Position numbers and translations under genes: made by a program. From Vicugna vicugna (Eukaryota), in assembly GCA_013265495.1 (NCBI GenBank), contig MU057777.1:1-64000 (forward strand): a DNA stretch of 64,000 nt. The letters run 5' to 3'. Position 1 is the first letter of the stretch, and each line of letters opens with the position of its first letter. Positions 50,601-62,752 of the stretch are shown piece by piece. The notes below the pieces were generated by a model that ran no database searches, was not told the origin of the DNA, and saw only the letters and a list, made by a program, of their open reading frames with translations.

Positions 50601-53600
50601 GACACCACCTTATTCAATCTTTTTATTGATCAGATGGGAAAATAGAGGCCACTGTGGGAGATGGGGACTCAGTATAGGGGTGTGTGTAATGGACTTGTCT
50701 ATGTTCACACATATAATATAATAAATAACTGCTTGATGAGAGAACTCAGACCACTATCTGTTTCTCTTTATTCAGCATTAGTGTTCTTTCTAGTGTACAA
50801 TGACTGAGTCTTACTTTGAACATCACTACACTTGAAAAACATAACAGTGACTTTGAAGTCTTTATCGTATTAAGATACAAGTGTCTTTGGAGATTAGAAA
50901 TCTGGGCTTCAAATAAAGCACTATAAGTGAGAATCCCCCTATTCAGACCACAAAATATTCTGGATTAAAAACAAGGGTGACCGTATCTATCACATTATTT
51001 TATTCGTGTTCATGCTCTGGAAATTGATTACTGCAGATATCAGGAAACTAATGACTTACCTAATCAAGCTAATCCTTTCTGCCAACTTCTCTGTATGTTC
51101 TTGAGTGGGAGGGACATTTTCTACAAAAGCAATTCCATAGAGCAGAAAGTTCTGCAGAAAGTTCTTCAGTCCCTCATTGGTTTCTAAGAAGCTCTGGAAA
51201 TCTACAGATGGAACTTGGGCTTGCTGGTAGATTTCAGCATTCCATAAAATTCTAGGCTGGATGACCTTTTGTTTCTGCCCTTCATAGCTGTTTTTCACCA
51301 GCCAATCCAAATCATATCTAGTCACATGGCCATCTGGCCCTTTGAAGGGAAAAACAAAAGGCATTAAAAATAATAATTACAAATATTTCCAATAATTTAC
51401 TGGTTAAGAATGTTATTTTCACCAATTACTCAGCACAGTATTGTTTATGAAACCAAATTAAAATGAGTGCCTGCGACACTTATCAAATTAAAATGTTCCT
51501 GAGAAAAATATTTATGCATTGAGTATTAAAATTAATACATGAATTTAAGAACAAATAAATCTTCCCAGCAGATAAATAAGTTTATGAAACTATAACTGCA
51601 CAGTAAAGGGCCTCTGGAACATTCATCAGGTCACCAAAGAAAATTAATTAAAAAAATCCCAGTTGATTTTTAGCTTACTCCCCTTTCTCTCCTTTGCCTC
51701 CATCACCACCTCTCATCTACATACAAACTTTTTTTCAGCTAGAAGAGACTAATCTTTATTTTATAATGGAGAAAAAGTCACTGACTCATTCAAGATCACA
51801 TAGTTAATAAGTACCACAGTTGGAACTAGAACTGTGGCTTCTTGCTTCTGGCAGTTCAATACTATTCTGTGATGCCTCCTTCATCTAAATGAATTAGGGC
51901 AGTTTGGTCTAATGATAGAACATCAATACAACATGATAAAGTGACTTCAAAAGTGACTTTGCCCACTCCTCCAAAACAAAAGTAAAAAACCAGCCCTTCG
52001 AATAATTTAGAAAATCTTCAAGATAAGCAAAAGATATATCAAGAGGAGTGAAAAGCTATTATGGCTTCTTTCTACCTCTCTGTCTCTGTTTGTCTCTATT
52101 TTTCTCTCTTTCGGCTTTCCACACCTTGATAGTAAAAGTATCATAAAGAATTTGGAAAGCACAACATGTACGAGGAAATTAAAAAATCACCAATACGTAT
52201 TCAACTACCCAGATGAAACCACTATTAACATCTTGGCGTCATTCCTTAGTTTGCTTCTATGCATTCTTTTACTTTATAAACATATAAAAATATATTAAAG
52301 TTTGTACCCTACCTTTGTCATTTAACATTTTATCATTAAAAATTGTCTTCAAGAATTAAGGCTTATAATTCGTAGAATATGCACTACCAAGATTTACCTA
52401 ACCAATCTGTTCTCCTGGGACATGTAGTTTTATTCTTAAGTTTCTCTATTATTTAATAGTGATCATCTTCATTTATCTTTCTGATAATTTTCTTAAAACA
52501 GAAAAACAGAAGGTGGAATTGTTAAATCCAAAGATATAAACTTTTAAGTCTTCATACATACAACCAAATTACTTTCTAGAAAGTCTACCAGTTTTCATTC
52601 CCTCCAACAATATATGCGTACCTATCAAAATTGATTAGTTTTATTTTTAAATACATTTTTTTCTAATTTGGTAAATAAAATTCCTGTTATTATAATAAGT
52701 TTAATTTATTTGCTTACTCATAATGCTAATAAGCATTTGTTAGACATCTACATATTTAAAATTAAATTAAAATTTTTTTATAAACTTTTTTATTGAATTA
52801 TAGTCAGTTTACAATGTTGTGTCAAATTCCAGTGTAGAGCACAATTCTTCAGTCATACATGAATATACATACATTCATTGTCACATTTTTTTCTGTGAGC
52901 TGTCACAAGATCTTGTATATATTTCCCTGTGCTATACAGTATAATCTTGTTTATCTATTCTGCATATGCCTCTCAGTATCTACAAATTTGGAACTCCCAG
53001 TCTGTCCCTTTCCACCCCCGTCCTCTTGGCAACCACAAGTTTGTATTCTATGCCTATGAGTCTGTTTCTGTTTATTTATTTATTTATTTATTTATTTATT
53101 TGTTTGTTTGTTTGTTTATTTATTTATTTATTTTAGATTCCTCATATAAGCGATCTCATATGGTATTTTTCTTTCTCTTTCTGGCTTACTTCACTTAGAA
53201 TGACATTCTCCAAGGACATTCATGTTGCTGCAAATGGCATTATCTTGTCATTTTTTATGGCTGAATAGTATTCTATTGTATAAATATACCACTTCTTCTT
53301 TATCCAGTCATCCGTTGATGGACATTTAGGCTGTTTCCATGTCTTGGCTGTTGTAAATAGTGCTGCTATGAACATTGGGGTGCAGGTGTCATCCTGAAGT
53401 AGGGTTCCTTCTGGATATATGGCTAGGAGTGGGATTCCTGGGTCATATGGTAAGTCTATTCCTAGTCTTTTGAGGAATCTCCATACTGTTTTCCACAGTG
53501 GCTGCACCAAACTGCATTCCCACCAGCAGTGTAGGAGGGTTTCCCTTTCTCCACAGCCTCTCCAGCATTTGTCATTTGTGGACTTTTGAATGATGTCCAT

Positions 53601-56523
53601 TCTGGCTGGTGTGAGGTGATACCTCATTGTAGTTTTGATTTGCATTTCTCTGATAATTAGTGATATTGAGCACTTTTTCATGTGCCTATTGATCATTTGT
53701 ATTTCTTCCTTGGAAACTTGCTTGAAATGCAAGGGTTACCAAACTGTTGGCCTGTGGCCAAACCTGCCTGGCACTTGTTTTTGTATTACCTGTTTTATAG
53801 CACATACTGTTTATGCCTGCTTTTACCTTACTACTAAAGAACTGAATAGTTGAATAGTTGTAACAGAAGACAGTATAATCAGCAAAGCCTAAAAATCCTT
53901 ATTATCTGGCTCTTTAAAGAATGTTTCCTGACTTGTGCTTTAATGATCTGTCTATTCACTTCCTTCTCACATTTCTCTATTGGAATACTGGTGCTTTTCT
54001 TACAAATTGGCACCTTATATATTAAAGGTTTTTAGTCTTTGTCATACATTTTTCAAATATTTTGTCATCAGTTGTTTCTTAATAAACCTTTCTATGGCAT
54101 TGTTTTTATTGTAGAGAAATTAGTAGTCAAATGTATTGATTGTAAATATTTTTCCTTCCAATGCTTTTTTGTTATAACTTTATTTTGAAATATAGACTCA
54201 TAGGAAGTTGCAAAGAAATGCATAAGGAAGTCCCATGCACCCTTCCTTGAGCCTTCTTGGATGTTAACATCTTGCACAATCAGAGTACAATATCAAAACC
54301 AAGAAAGTGGCATTGATAAAGTCCATAGAGCTTATTCAGATTTCACTAGTTATATATGTATTTATGTGTATATGTGTGTAGTTCTATGCAGTGTTATTAC
54401 ATGTATAACTTTCTGTAAGCACTACTACTCAAGATACTCAACTGTACCATCATGTAAGACTCCTTCATGTTACCTCTTTATAGCTACACCATTCCTCCTC
54501 TCATCCCTAACTCCAGGCAACTGCTAATTGGTTCACCATCTCTATAATTGTGTTATTTCATGAATGTTACATAAATGGAATCATGAAGGTTTGCTTTTTT
54601 CCTTCAGCATAATTCCCTTGAGGTTTTTCCAAGTTATTTTGTGTGTCAACAGTTCATTCTGTTTTTACTGTTGAGTAGTGTTTCATCATATGGATGACTT
54701 GTTTAGCCATAAACCCACTGGAGGACATTAGGGTAGTTTCCAGTTTCTGGCAGTTACAAATAGGGCTGTTGTGAACATTAATGTACAGGTATTTGTGTGA
54801 ATATAAGTCTTCATTTCCCTAGAATAAATGCTCAACAATTCAACTGCTGGGTTGTATGGTAGTGCATGTTTAGTTTTTTTTTTTTTAAGAAATTGACAAA
54901 GTATTTTCCAGAGTAGCTGTACCATTTTACATTCTCACCAGCAGTGATACCTGATATAATTACTGCAAAATTTTTCTAGCATTTTGTGTTGTCATTATAT
55001 TTTATTTAGTCATTGTGCTAGGTATATTGTGAAATTTCACTTCTCTAATGCTGTACTATGCCGAACATCGTTGCTTGTATTTATTTGCCATTTGTATATC
55101 CTATTCAGTGAAATGTGTCTGTGTGATTTTTATCCATTTTCTAATTGGACTCTTTATTTTTCTTTTATTGAATTTTGAAAGTTATTGAGTCCTGAAGATG
55201 TTCTCCTATGATCTTTTCTAGAAGTTTTATAGCTTTATGTTTACATTTAAATCCATGCTCTATTTTGAGTTAATTTTTTTTTAAGGCATGAGACTTAGGT
55301 CGAGGTTCTTTTTAACTTTTGCCTATGGGTGTCCAATTATTCCAGCATCATTAGTTAAAAAGATTATCCTATCTTATTGAATGGCTTTTACACATTTGTC
55401 AAATATCAGTTGACCATATTTGTGCAGTGCCATTTCTGGGTTCCCTTTTCTGTTCTATTTATCTATGTGTCTATCCCTCCATCAAAAACACACTCTCTTG
55501 ATTATGCAGCCTTAAAACCATGAAGTGATTCTTTAATTCTTTCCACTTCATTCTTTTTTTCAAAATTGTTTTGGTTATTTTAAGGAGTGTGCCTTTTTAC
55601 TTAAATTTTAGAATAATCTTTTTGTATCTACAGAAACATCTTGCTGAGATTTTGGTAGCAATTGCATTAAAACTATAGATCAATTTGGGAGAGAACTGAC
55701 ATAGTTACTATGTTGAGTCTTCCAATTTATGAACATGATTTGCCTCTCCAGGTACTTAAGCCTCCTTTCATTTCTTTCATCAGCATTTTATAATTTTCAT
55801 CATACATACTTTGTTAGAGTTATACATAAGTAAATTTATTTGAAGTAATTACAGATAGGCATTTTTCATTTCGATTTCTGCATGTTCATTGTAAGTATAC
55901 AGAAATGTAATTGATTTTTGTGTGTTGCTCTTGTATCCTGTAACATTACTGAACTCACTTATGAGCTCTGGGATTCTTATTGTTGATTATTTAAGGTAAT
56001 CAATGTAGATAATCATGCATCTGCAAATAAAGACAGCTTTATTTCTCCTTTGTAATACGTATGCATTTTATTTCTTTTTCTTGCCTTATTGTAATGACTA
56101 GAACTTCCAGAACTGTGTTAAATAAATAAGAGCGGTGAGAGTGGACATCTTTGCCATGTTCCCTATCTTCAGTCTCACCATTATGTATGATGTTAGCTGA
56201 AAAGGTACTCAACATCAAAAATCATCAGGAAAAAGGAGAAATAACTAAAAGAACACCCTATTTTGGAAAGGGGCAAACTATTTTTTGGAAAATAATTGTT
56301 CTTTAAAAGAATACCCCAAAGAATACCAAATCCCCTGTCCACTCACAAGTGAAAAAGAGTGTGGTCTCATCCAGACGAATGGTCTTTGGCTGGATACATA
56401 AATCTACACTGGCAGTATCCAGGCTGCGCTGGTGAGTCTTAGAGTTGTAGCAAGATGCTGAGCGGCAGTGGTCTCGAAGCCAGACATAATCAAAACGCAT
56501 CACAGTGTTAGCATACTGCAGTT
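34636..56523 (-). CDS. TMLHE: Trimethyllysine dioxygenase (Fe(II)/2OG-dependent, first step of carnitine biosynthesis), 5'-partial CDS complement(join 34636-34767,35432-35570,45610-45846,49284-49403,51060-51339,56347-56523)
   Basis: Six GT-AG exons (177, 280, 120, 237, 139, 132 nt) join in frame. They include [13 protein letters not shown], the HxD motif (DRHTD), the distal His (NWRVLHGR) and the C-terminus ARLLGLQA*. The N-terminal exon(s) are not in the window. Confidence 0.97.
35432..35570 (-). CDS. TMLHE: TMLHE exon 7 ([46 protein letters not shown])
   Basis: Acceptor ttcatcttag|G; donor AGG|GTGGGT; 139 nt. Confidence 0.96.
36050..36590. mobile_element. LINE-2 fragment
   Basis: attcattcattt start; gtaggccatggtaaggacttcggattttactctgag is typical L2 text. 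Confidence 0.65.
37060..38830 (+). mobile_element. Older LINE-1 5' UTR and partial ORF1
   Basis: Degenerate ORF1 coiled-coil and RRM-coding text (aaactttcctaatctagagaaagaaacagatatccagatcccagaagcccagaga); ends where the next L1 begins. Confidence 0.7.
38831..44560 (+). mobile_element. Near full-length degenerate LINE-1 (5' UTR, ORF1, ORF2 EN-RT-C), antisense within TMLHE intron 6
   Basis: ORF1 peptides (40036..40602), EN (41318..41656; GDLNT, SRIDH), RT (42585..42911; GTRQGC, FADDM at about 42975), C-terminus (44155..44400); many stops and frameshifts. Confidence 0.92.
44570..44602. repeat. (TG)n microsatellite
   Basis: tgtatgtgtgtgtg... run. Confidence 0.9.
45610..45846 (-). CDS. TMLHE: TMLHE exon 6 ([22 protein letters not shown]...WNKELYLIR)
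   Basis: Acceptor ttcccctctttag|C; donor CAG|GTAGGT; 237 nt; ORF-track entry 45606..45839. Confidence 0.97.
46060..47780. mobile_element. Degenerate LINE-2 fragments
   Basis: Purine-rich L2-like text (catatttaacatgtattgaagcctatact..., gagtgaatgagaagtgag). Confidence 0.5.
47850..48100. mobile_element. MIR SINE
   Basis: Core sequence ttttcagatgaagaaactgaggcacagagatgttaagttatttgtccaagatcaca. Confidence 0.8.
48583..48761 (+). mobile_element. Tiny L1MA9-like 3' end with inverted 5' portion
   Basis: Antisense piece about 48583-48654 then sense piece to the aataaagcttgaaaaa tail; candidate TSD AAGTATGTTA / AAGTATGGTA. Confidence 0.7.
49284..49403 (-). CDS. TMLHE: TMLHE exon 5 ([40 protein letters not shown]), contains the Fe-binding HxD
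   Basis: Acceptor ttgacag|A; donor TGG|GTAGGT; 120 nt. Confidence 0.96.
51060..51339 (-). CDS. TMLHE: TMLHE exon 4 ([21 protein letters not shown]...[10 protein letters not shown])
   Basis: Acceptor tttttcccttcaaag|GG; donor TAG|GTAAGT; 280 nt; ORF-track entry 51056..51364. Confidence 0.97.
52785..53715 (-). mobile_element. Young 5'-truncated LINE-1 3' end with internal (TTTA)n(TTTG)n
   Basis: ORF-track 53220..53732 encodes the ORF2 C-terminus. Confidence 0.92.
53730..53933. mobile_element. MER58A-like hAT MITE
   Basis: caagggttaccaaactgttggcctgtggccaaacc...gcaaagcctaaaaatccttattatctggctctttaaagaa. Confidence 0.7.
54165..56200 (-). mobile_element. Old L1M-type LINE-1 3' portion
   Basis: Antisense 3' UTR and degenerate ORF2 (ORF-track 54728..54925). 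Confidence 0.75.
56347..56523 (-). CDS. TMLHE: TMLHE exon 3 by human numbering ([58 protein letters not shown])
   Basis: Minus-strand acceptor tttttccttag|AA; donor CTT|GTGAGT; 177 nt. Confidence 0.96.
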
Positions 56524-57186
56524 CTAAGGAAAAAGATCACATTCTTTTATATTATTTTATTTAAAAAAAGAAATAGTTATTTAGGAAAACTTTAAAAAAA
56601 TCAATACCCAGAAAACTTCCTTCAAAAAGTCTTCTACGAAGAAATAAGCAAGAGTAATGAGGGGGACAGTAGCCACCTACGAGATATTAAAACATAGTAT
56701 AGAACTTCTATGATTAAAACAGTGTGATGTTGGTATAGGAATAGGCAGACAAAACAACAGAAGAATAAAAAAAGTCCAAAAATAAACCTGAATGCATATA
56801 GAAATTTGGTATGTAATAAACTGGCAGGTATAATCACTGGGGAAAATATGAATTTTTAAATAAATGATGTTGTGACAACTGATAAGCATTTGGAAAAAGA
56901 TAAAATTGAGTCCGTATCTCATATTGTCACCTGTTTTCCAAACTCAAAATAGATCACAGTTCTAAATTTGGAAAACAAAACCATTCAAGTATATAAAAAG
57001 AAAACATAATCCAAATGTGAACAGAGAAATATGCTCACAGATTCAAAAATGAAAAGATACAAATTCTCCCACCAATTAATACACAAAGTTCCATGTACTT
57101 CCAATCTAAATCCCAGTGAAAATTTTCATGTACTCAACAGGCTAATTTCAAGATTCATATTCAGAATTAATAAAGTAACAATTCTG

Positions 57187-57348
57187 TTCATTTAAAAAAC
57201 TTTTTTCACTTGTTATTCTAGTTTTTAATTATTTTATTTTTGAGGGGAGGTAATTAAGTTTACTTATTTTTGGAGGAGATACTGGGGATTGAACCCAGGA
57301 CCTTGTGCATGCTAAGCATGTGCTCTACCACCTGAGTTATATCCTCTC
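57187..57348 (-). mobile_element. tRNA-Ala-derived SINE (Vic-1-like)
   Basis: Same family as 10000-10141; flanked by a 20-bp TSD TTAATAAAGTAACA(A/G)TTCTG at 57167-57186 and 57349-57368. Confidence 0.87.
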
Positions 57349-58766
57349 TTAATAAAGTAACAGTTCTGAAAAAGAAAAAGAAAGGTATGAGGGGGTTGTC
57401 TTACCAGATGTAAAAATATAAACTGGTAAAACCACATTGAATGGCAATCTAGAAGTTTCTATGAAAATAATAAAAAATGTACATTTGTTGCTTGACTCAT
57501 AAATTCGTCTCTCAGTACTTACCTTATAGAAACTGTCACACATGAGGTGGTATGCCCAGGGACATTCATAATAGTTTTGTTTATAGTAGCAAAAAATCAG
57601 AAAATAAGACTAAATATCTATCAATGGGAGAAGTAGAGTAATGGCCGAATAAACTGTGGTACATCTACAGTTTAAAAATGCAGTATTCCTGTACTCCTCA
57701 TATTGGATTTGTATGATATTATCATTCTCACTTTAAGGAAAAGGAAACTAAAGCTCAGAGATGTTAAATAAATTTGTAAGGTCATATAATCATTAGGTAG
57801 TAGAGCTAGGACATGAACTCAATTCTCCCACCCCATAGTCCTAAACTAGTTTTTCTCAAAGTGTAATCTTGGGAATCTCTGAGGGTGAAACTTCTGGAAA
57901 GGCAGAGTACAGAGCTTGGCAAATCCTCTCTCCCAATAACAATGATAAAACTGGACAAAATGATCAATACCAACAATTTTAGGACCCTGGAAACAGACCA
58001 AAGGCATACAACAAATTAAGAAGCATTGATTCAAGAAAAACTATTGAAACTTGAGTAAGAACAGTGGGAATTCATGTGTTTAGGTTGAGGTGCTCCTGCT
58101 CCCTACTCTAACCCTGAAAAGATCTATAAGCAGTAGTTTTACCAGGGCAGGCAAGCCAAGAAAACTAGAAGTTTTGCTGCTGAAGGGGATTAACCTGATT
58201 TGAAGCAGAACACATAAAAACTCCATGCCCCAGGTGTTGAAAACAATCAAGGAAGGCATACTGGTTGGGGCAAGCAACAGGCCAGCAGAACACCCAGAAA
58301 TCTATCAGGGGTATCAAGGAAGTGAGAAAGCTATAATGGGCCTTGGAAAGCCCCCTCACATCCCTAGCGTTTGCTAAGACTGTGCACACATGCAGGAGTG
58401 TGCACACTCAGGAGACCAGAAAGGGTCCTAGTTAACTTCACATCACTGGAGGAATGGCAGAAAGTGAAAACCAGGTCACACTTATAAACAGACTAAACTT
58501 TGTGTGCTCCAGTCCATGCACAGAACCATTGGCAAAGGGTGGAAGCCTTACTGGCTTAAGGTTTTTGTTTTTTTGTAGTTTTAGCTCATACATTAGGTGA
58601 TCCATTTCAAGTTAATTTTTATATATGCTGTGAGGTAGGGATCCAGCTTCATTCTTCTGCATATGGATATCCAGTTGTCTGAGTATCATTTATTGGAGAG
58701 ATTATTCTTTTATTGAATGATTTTGGCACCACTGTTGAAAATCCATTGGCTGTAGACTGGTTTATT

Positions 58767-59950
58767 CCTTTTTTAATTTATTTTTTATAGAGTTTACAAT
58801 GCTGTGTCACTTTCTGGCATATAGCATAATTTTTCAGTCATACATGAATATACATATACTCATTTTCATATTCTTTTTTCCCGTAAGCTACCACAAGAAC
58901 CTGTATGTATTTCCTTGTGCTGTACAGTATAAACTTGTTTTTCTATTCTATATATACCTGCCAGTATCTACCAGTCTCGAATTCCCAGTCTGTCCCTTCC
59001 CACTCACCTCCCCCCAGAAAACCACAAGTTTGTATTCTATGTCTATGAGTCTGTTTCTGTTTTATATTTAAGTTCATTTATCTTCTTTTTTTTTAGATTC
59101 CACATATCAGTGATCTCATATGGTATTTCTCTTTCTCTTTCTGGCTTACTTCACTTAGAATGACATTCTCCAAGGACATTCATGTTGCTGCAAATGGCAT
59201 TATCTTGTCATTTTTATGGCTGAATAGTATTCCATTGTATAAATATACCACTTCTTCTTTATCCAGTCATCCGTTGATGGACATTTAGGCTGTTTCCATG
59301 TCTTGGCTGTTGTAAATAGTGCTGCTATGAACATTGGGGTGCAGGTGTCATCCTGAAGTAGGGTTCCTTCTGGATATATGGCTAGGAGTGGGATTCCTGG
59401 GTCATATGGTAAGTCTATTCCTAGTCTTTTGAGGAATCTCCATACTGTTTTCCACAGTGGCTGCACCAAACTGCATTCCCACCAGCAGTGTAGGAGGGTT
59501 CCCCTTTCTCCACAGCCTCTCCAGCATTTGTCATTTGTGGATTTTTGAATGATGTCCATTCTGACTGGTGTGAGGTGATACCTCATTGCAGCTTTGATTT
59601 GCATTTCTCTGATAATTAGTGATATTGAGCATTTTTTCATGTGCCTATTGATCATTTGCATTTCTTCCTTGGAGAATTTCTTGTTTAGGTCTTCTGCCCA
59701 TTTTTGGATTGGGTTGTTTGTTTTCTTTTTATTAAGTCGTATGAGCTGCTTATATATTCTGGAGATCAAGCCTTTGTTGGTTTCATCATTTGCAAAAATT
59801 TTCTCCCATTCTGCAGTTTGTGATTTTGTTTTGCTTATGGTTTCCTTTGCTGTACAAAAGCTTGTAAGTTTAATTAAGTCCAATTTCTTTAATTTTGCTT
59901 TTATTTCTATTACTTGGGTAGACTGCCCTAGGAGAACATTGCTGAGATGT
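58767..59950 (-). mobile_element. Young 5'-truncated LINE-1 nested in an older L1
   Basis: 227-aa open ORF2 C-terminus (59200..59883); perfect 14-bp TSD TAGACTGGTTTATT at 58753-58766 and 59951-59964. Confidence 0.93.
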
Positions 59951-60024
59951 TAGACTGGTTTATTGCTGGACTCTCAATTTTATTCTATTGGTCTATGTCT
60001 AGTCTTTTGCCAGTATGACATTGA

Positions 60025-60715
60025 CTTTTTTTTTAATTGAAGTATCGTTGATTTACAAAGTTGTGTTAGTTTCAGGTATACAGTAAAGTGATATATATAT
60101 ATAAAGAATCTGACAAAGAATATATATATTCTTTTTCCATTATAGGTTATTACAAGATATTGAATATAGTTCCCATTACTATGCAGTAGGTCCTTGTAGT
60201 TTATTTTATATATAATATTTTGTTTCTGTTAATCTCAAACTCCTAATTTATCCCTTCCCTCCACCCCTTTACCCTCTGGTAATCATAGTTTGTTTTCTAT
60301 GCGTTTTTACAGTTTGTAAATATGTTCATTTGTATCAATTTTTATGAGTCCACATATAAGTGATATCATATGATATTTGCCTTTCTCTGTCTGACTTACT
60401 TTACTTAGTAAGTTTCATTCTTTTTTCCATAGGTTATCTTTTCATTTTGTTTATAGTTTCCTTTTCTTTGCAAAAACTTTTTAATTTTAATTAGATCCCA
60501 TTGGTTTCTTTTTGCTTTTGTTTCCATTACTCTAGGAGATGGATCCAAAAAAAATTGCAATTTATGTCAAAGAATGTTCTACTATGTTTTTCTATAGGAG
60601 TTTTATGGTTAACCCATTTTGAGTTTATTTTTGTATATGGTGTTAGAGAATGTTCTAATTTCAGTCTTTTACAGGTTTATGTCCAGGTTTCCCAGCACCA
60701 CTTATTGAAGAGATT
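60025..60715 (-). mobile_element. LINE-1 3' UTR joined to an ORF2 fragment (internal deletion near 60415)
   Basis: Antisense tail similar to 16885-17290, then jumps to ORF2 text ending cagcaccacttattgaagaga. Confidence 0.75.
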
Positions 60716-61880
60716 GGGGCCTAATTAAACTTATAAGCTTTTGCACAGCAAAGGAAACTGTAAGTAAAACCAAAGGGCAACCAATGGAATGGGAGAAAAT
60801 ATTTGCAAAAGATTAGACTGACAAGGGCTTAATTTCCAGAACATGTAAACAGCTCATACAACTTAATAAGAAAAACCAAACAACCCAAACCAAAAATGGG
60901 CAAAAGACCTAAACAAGCAATTCTCCAATGAAGACATACAAATGGTAAATAGACAAATGAAAAAAATGCTAAATATCACTAATTACCCAAAAAATGCAAA
61001 TCAAAAGTACATCACACCAGTCAGAATGGCCATCATTCAAAAGTCCACAGATGGTAAATGCTGGAGAGGCTGTGGAGAAAAGGGAATCCTTCTAAACTGT
61101 TGGTGGGAATGTAGTTTGGTGCAGCTGTTATGGAAAACAGCATAGAGATTCCTCAAAAGACTGAAAATAGACTTACCATATGATCCAGCAATCCCACTCC
61201 TGGGCATATATCTGGAGAAAACTTTAATTTGAAAAGACATATGCACCCAAATGTTCATAGCAGCACTATTTAAAATAGCCAAGACATGGAAGCAACCTAA
61301 ATGTCCATCAATAGATGACTAGATAAAGAAGTTGTGGTATATTTATATGGTGGAATACTACTCAGGCATAAAAAATAGTAAAATAATGCCATTTGCAGCA
61401 ACATGAATGAACCTGAAGACTGTCATTCTAAGTGGAATAAGCCAGAAAGAGAAAGAAAAATACCATATTATATCACATATGTGAAATCTGAAAAAAAAGA
61501 AAAAAGACAAATAAACTTATTTGCAAAACAGAACAGACTCTCAGACATAGAGAACAAACTTGTGGTTACCAGGGGTAAGGGGTGTGGGAGGGGATAAATT
61601 GGGAGTTAGAGATTTGCAGATACTGATATATATCTCATATATATATAATATATAACTGATATATGTATATATATCATATATATAATAGATAAACAACAAG
61701 TTCATGTTGTATAGTGCAGGGAATTATATTCAATATCTTGCAGTAACTTATGGTGAAAAATAATATGAAAACAAATATATGTACGTTCATGTATGGCTGA
61801 AGCATTGTCCTGTACACCAGAAATTGACACAACATTGTAAAATGACTATACTTCAGTGAAATATATATATACAAAAATAA
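60716..61880 (+). mobile_element. 5'-truncated LINE-1 3' end
   Basis: ORF2 C-terminus (60942..61145) and a 3' UTR similar to 3444-4399, with a (TA)-rich expansion at 61625-61685. Confidence 0.9.
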
Positions 61881-62385
61881 TAAAATTTCCAGGTTTTCAA
61901 CAACAACAAAAAACCGTGAGAGACACATATAGAAATTGAAAAGAGTGACCCATGCACAGAAGAAAAAGCAGTCCACAGAAACCGTCTGAGAAGACTATTA
62001 CATGAAATCCTATTGTCTAAGTCAGGCATGCTGCTAGTAAGTAGCTTATTACCTGGAGGAAAATGCCTTTCTCATCTAACAGCCTTGGACTTTATAGGAG
62101 AGAAGCAGAGTGGACTACTGGGGCATCACCTCAATGTACCTATATCATTGCTTAGTTATGAGTCAACAGTTGGTCTTCTTTGAGTCATTTTGTGATGCTA
62201 CTCATGCCTTATAAAAGCATCTGTGCCTTCAAGGCATATCTCAATTGAATGCTTGAAAATTCAGACACTATAGTTAATTAAAGAGTCTCTGATACAGTAA
62301 CTGCTGACACTGTGGAATGGGACATTATTTGGTGGTGGCCTAAAGTTGGAGTTCTTGACGTAGGATCCACGGAATGATATATAAA

Positions 62386-62387
<2 letters not shown>

Positions 62388-62430
<43 letters not shown>
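62388..62430. repeat. (TG)n microsatellite, about 21 units
   Basis: Perfect dinucleotide run. Confidence 0.95.
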
Positions 62431-62432
<2 letters not shown>

Positions 62433-62565
62433 TCTACAGAGAGCGTTCAGCAGAATTTCTATGGGATCCATAACCTAAAAATATTGAGAACCATTTCCTT
62501 GGAGTAACAAAAGTGATTAAGTACCATCAATCCTCATTCAGATTGGTCATTACACTGAGGTATTC

Positions 62566-62752
62566 CAGGCTTTTGACAAACTATAGCTGATGGGCCAAAT
62601 GCATTGTAAGATAAGAATGGTTTTTACATTTAAAAAGTGTTATAAACCAAAAACAAAACAAAGAAGACCATGCAACAGAGATTGTACATGGCCCACAAAG
62701 CCTAAAATATTTATTATCTGACCCTTTACAGACAAAATTTTGTCGACCCCTG
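62566..62752. mobile_element. MER58-like hAT MITE
   Basis: gacaaactatagctgatgggccaaat...ggcccacaaagcctaaaatatttattatctgaccctttacag...gtcgacccctg; imperfect terminal inverted repeats. Confidence 0.7.
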
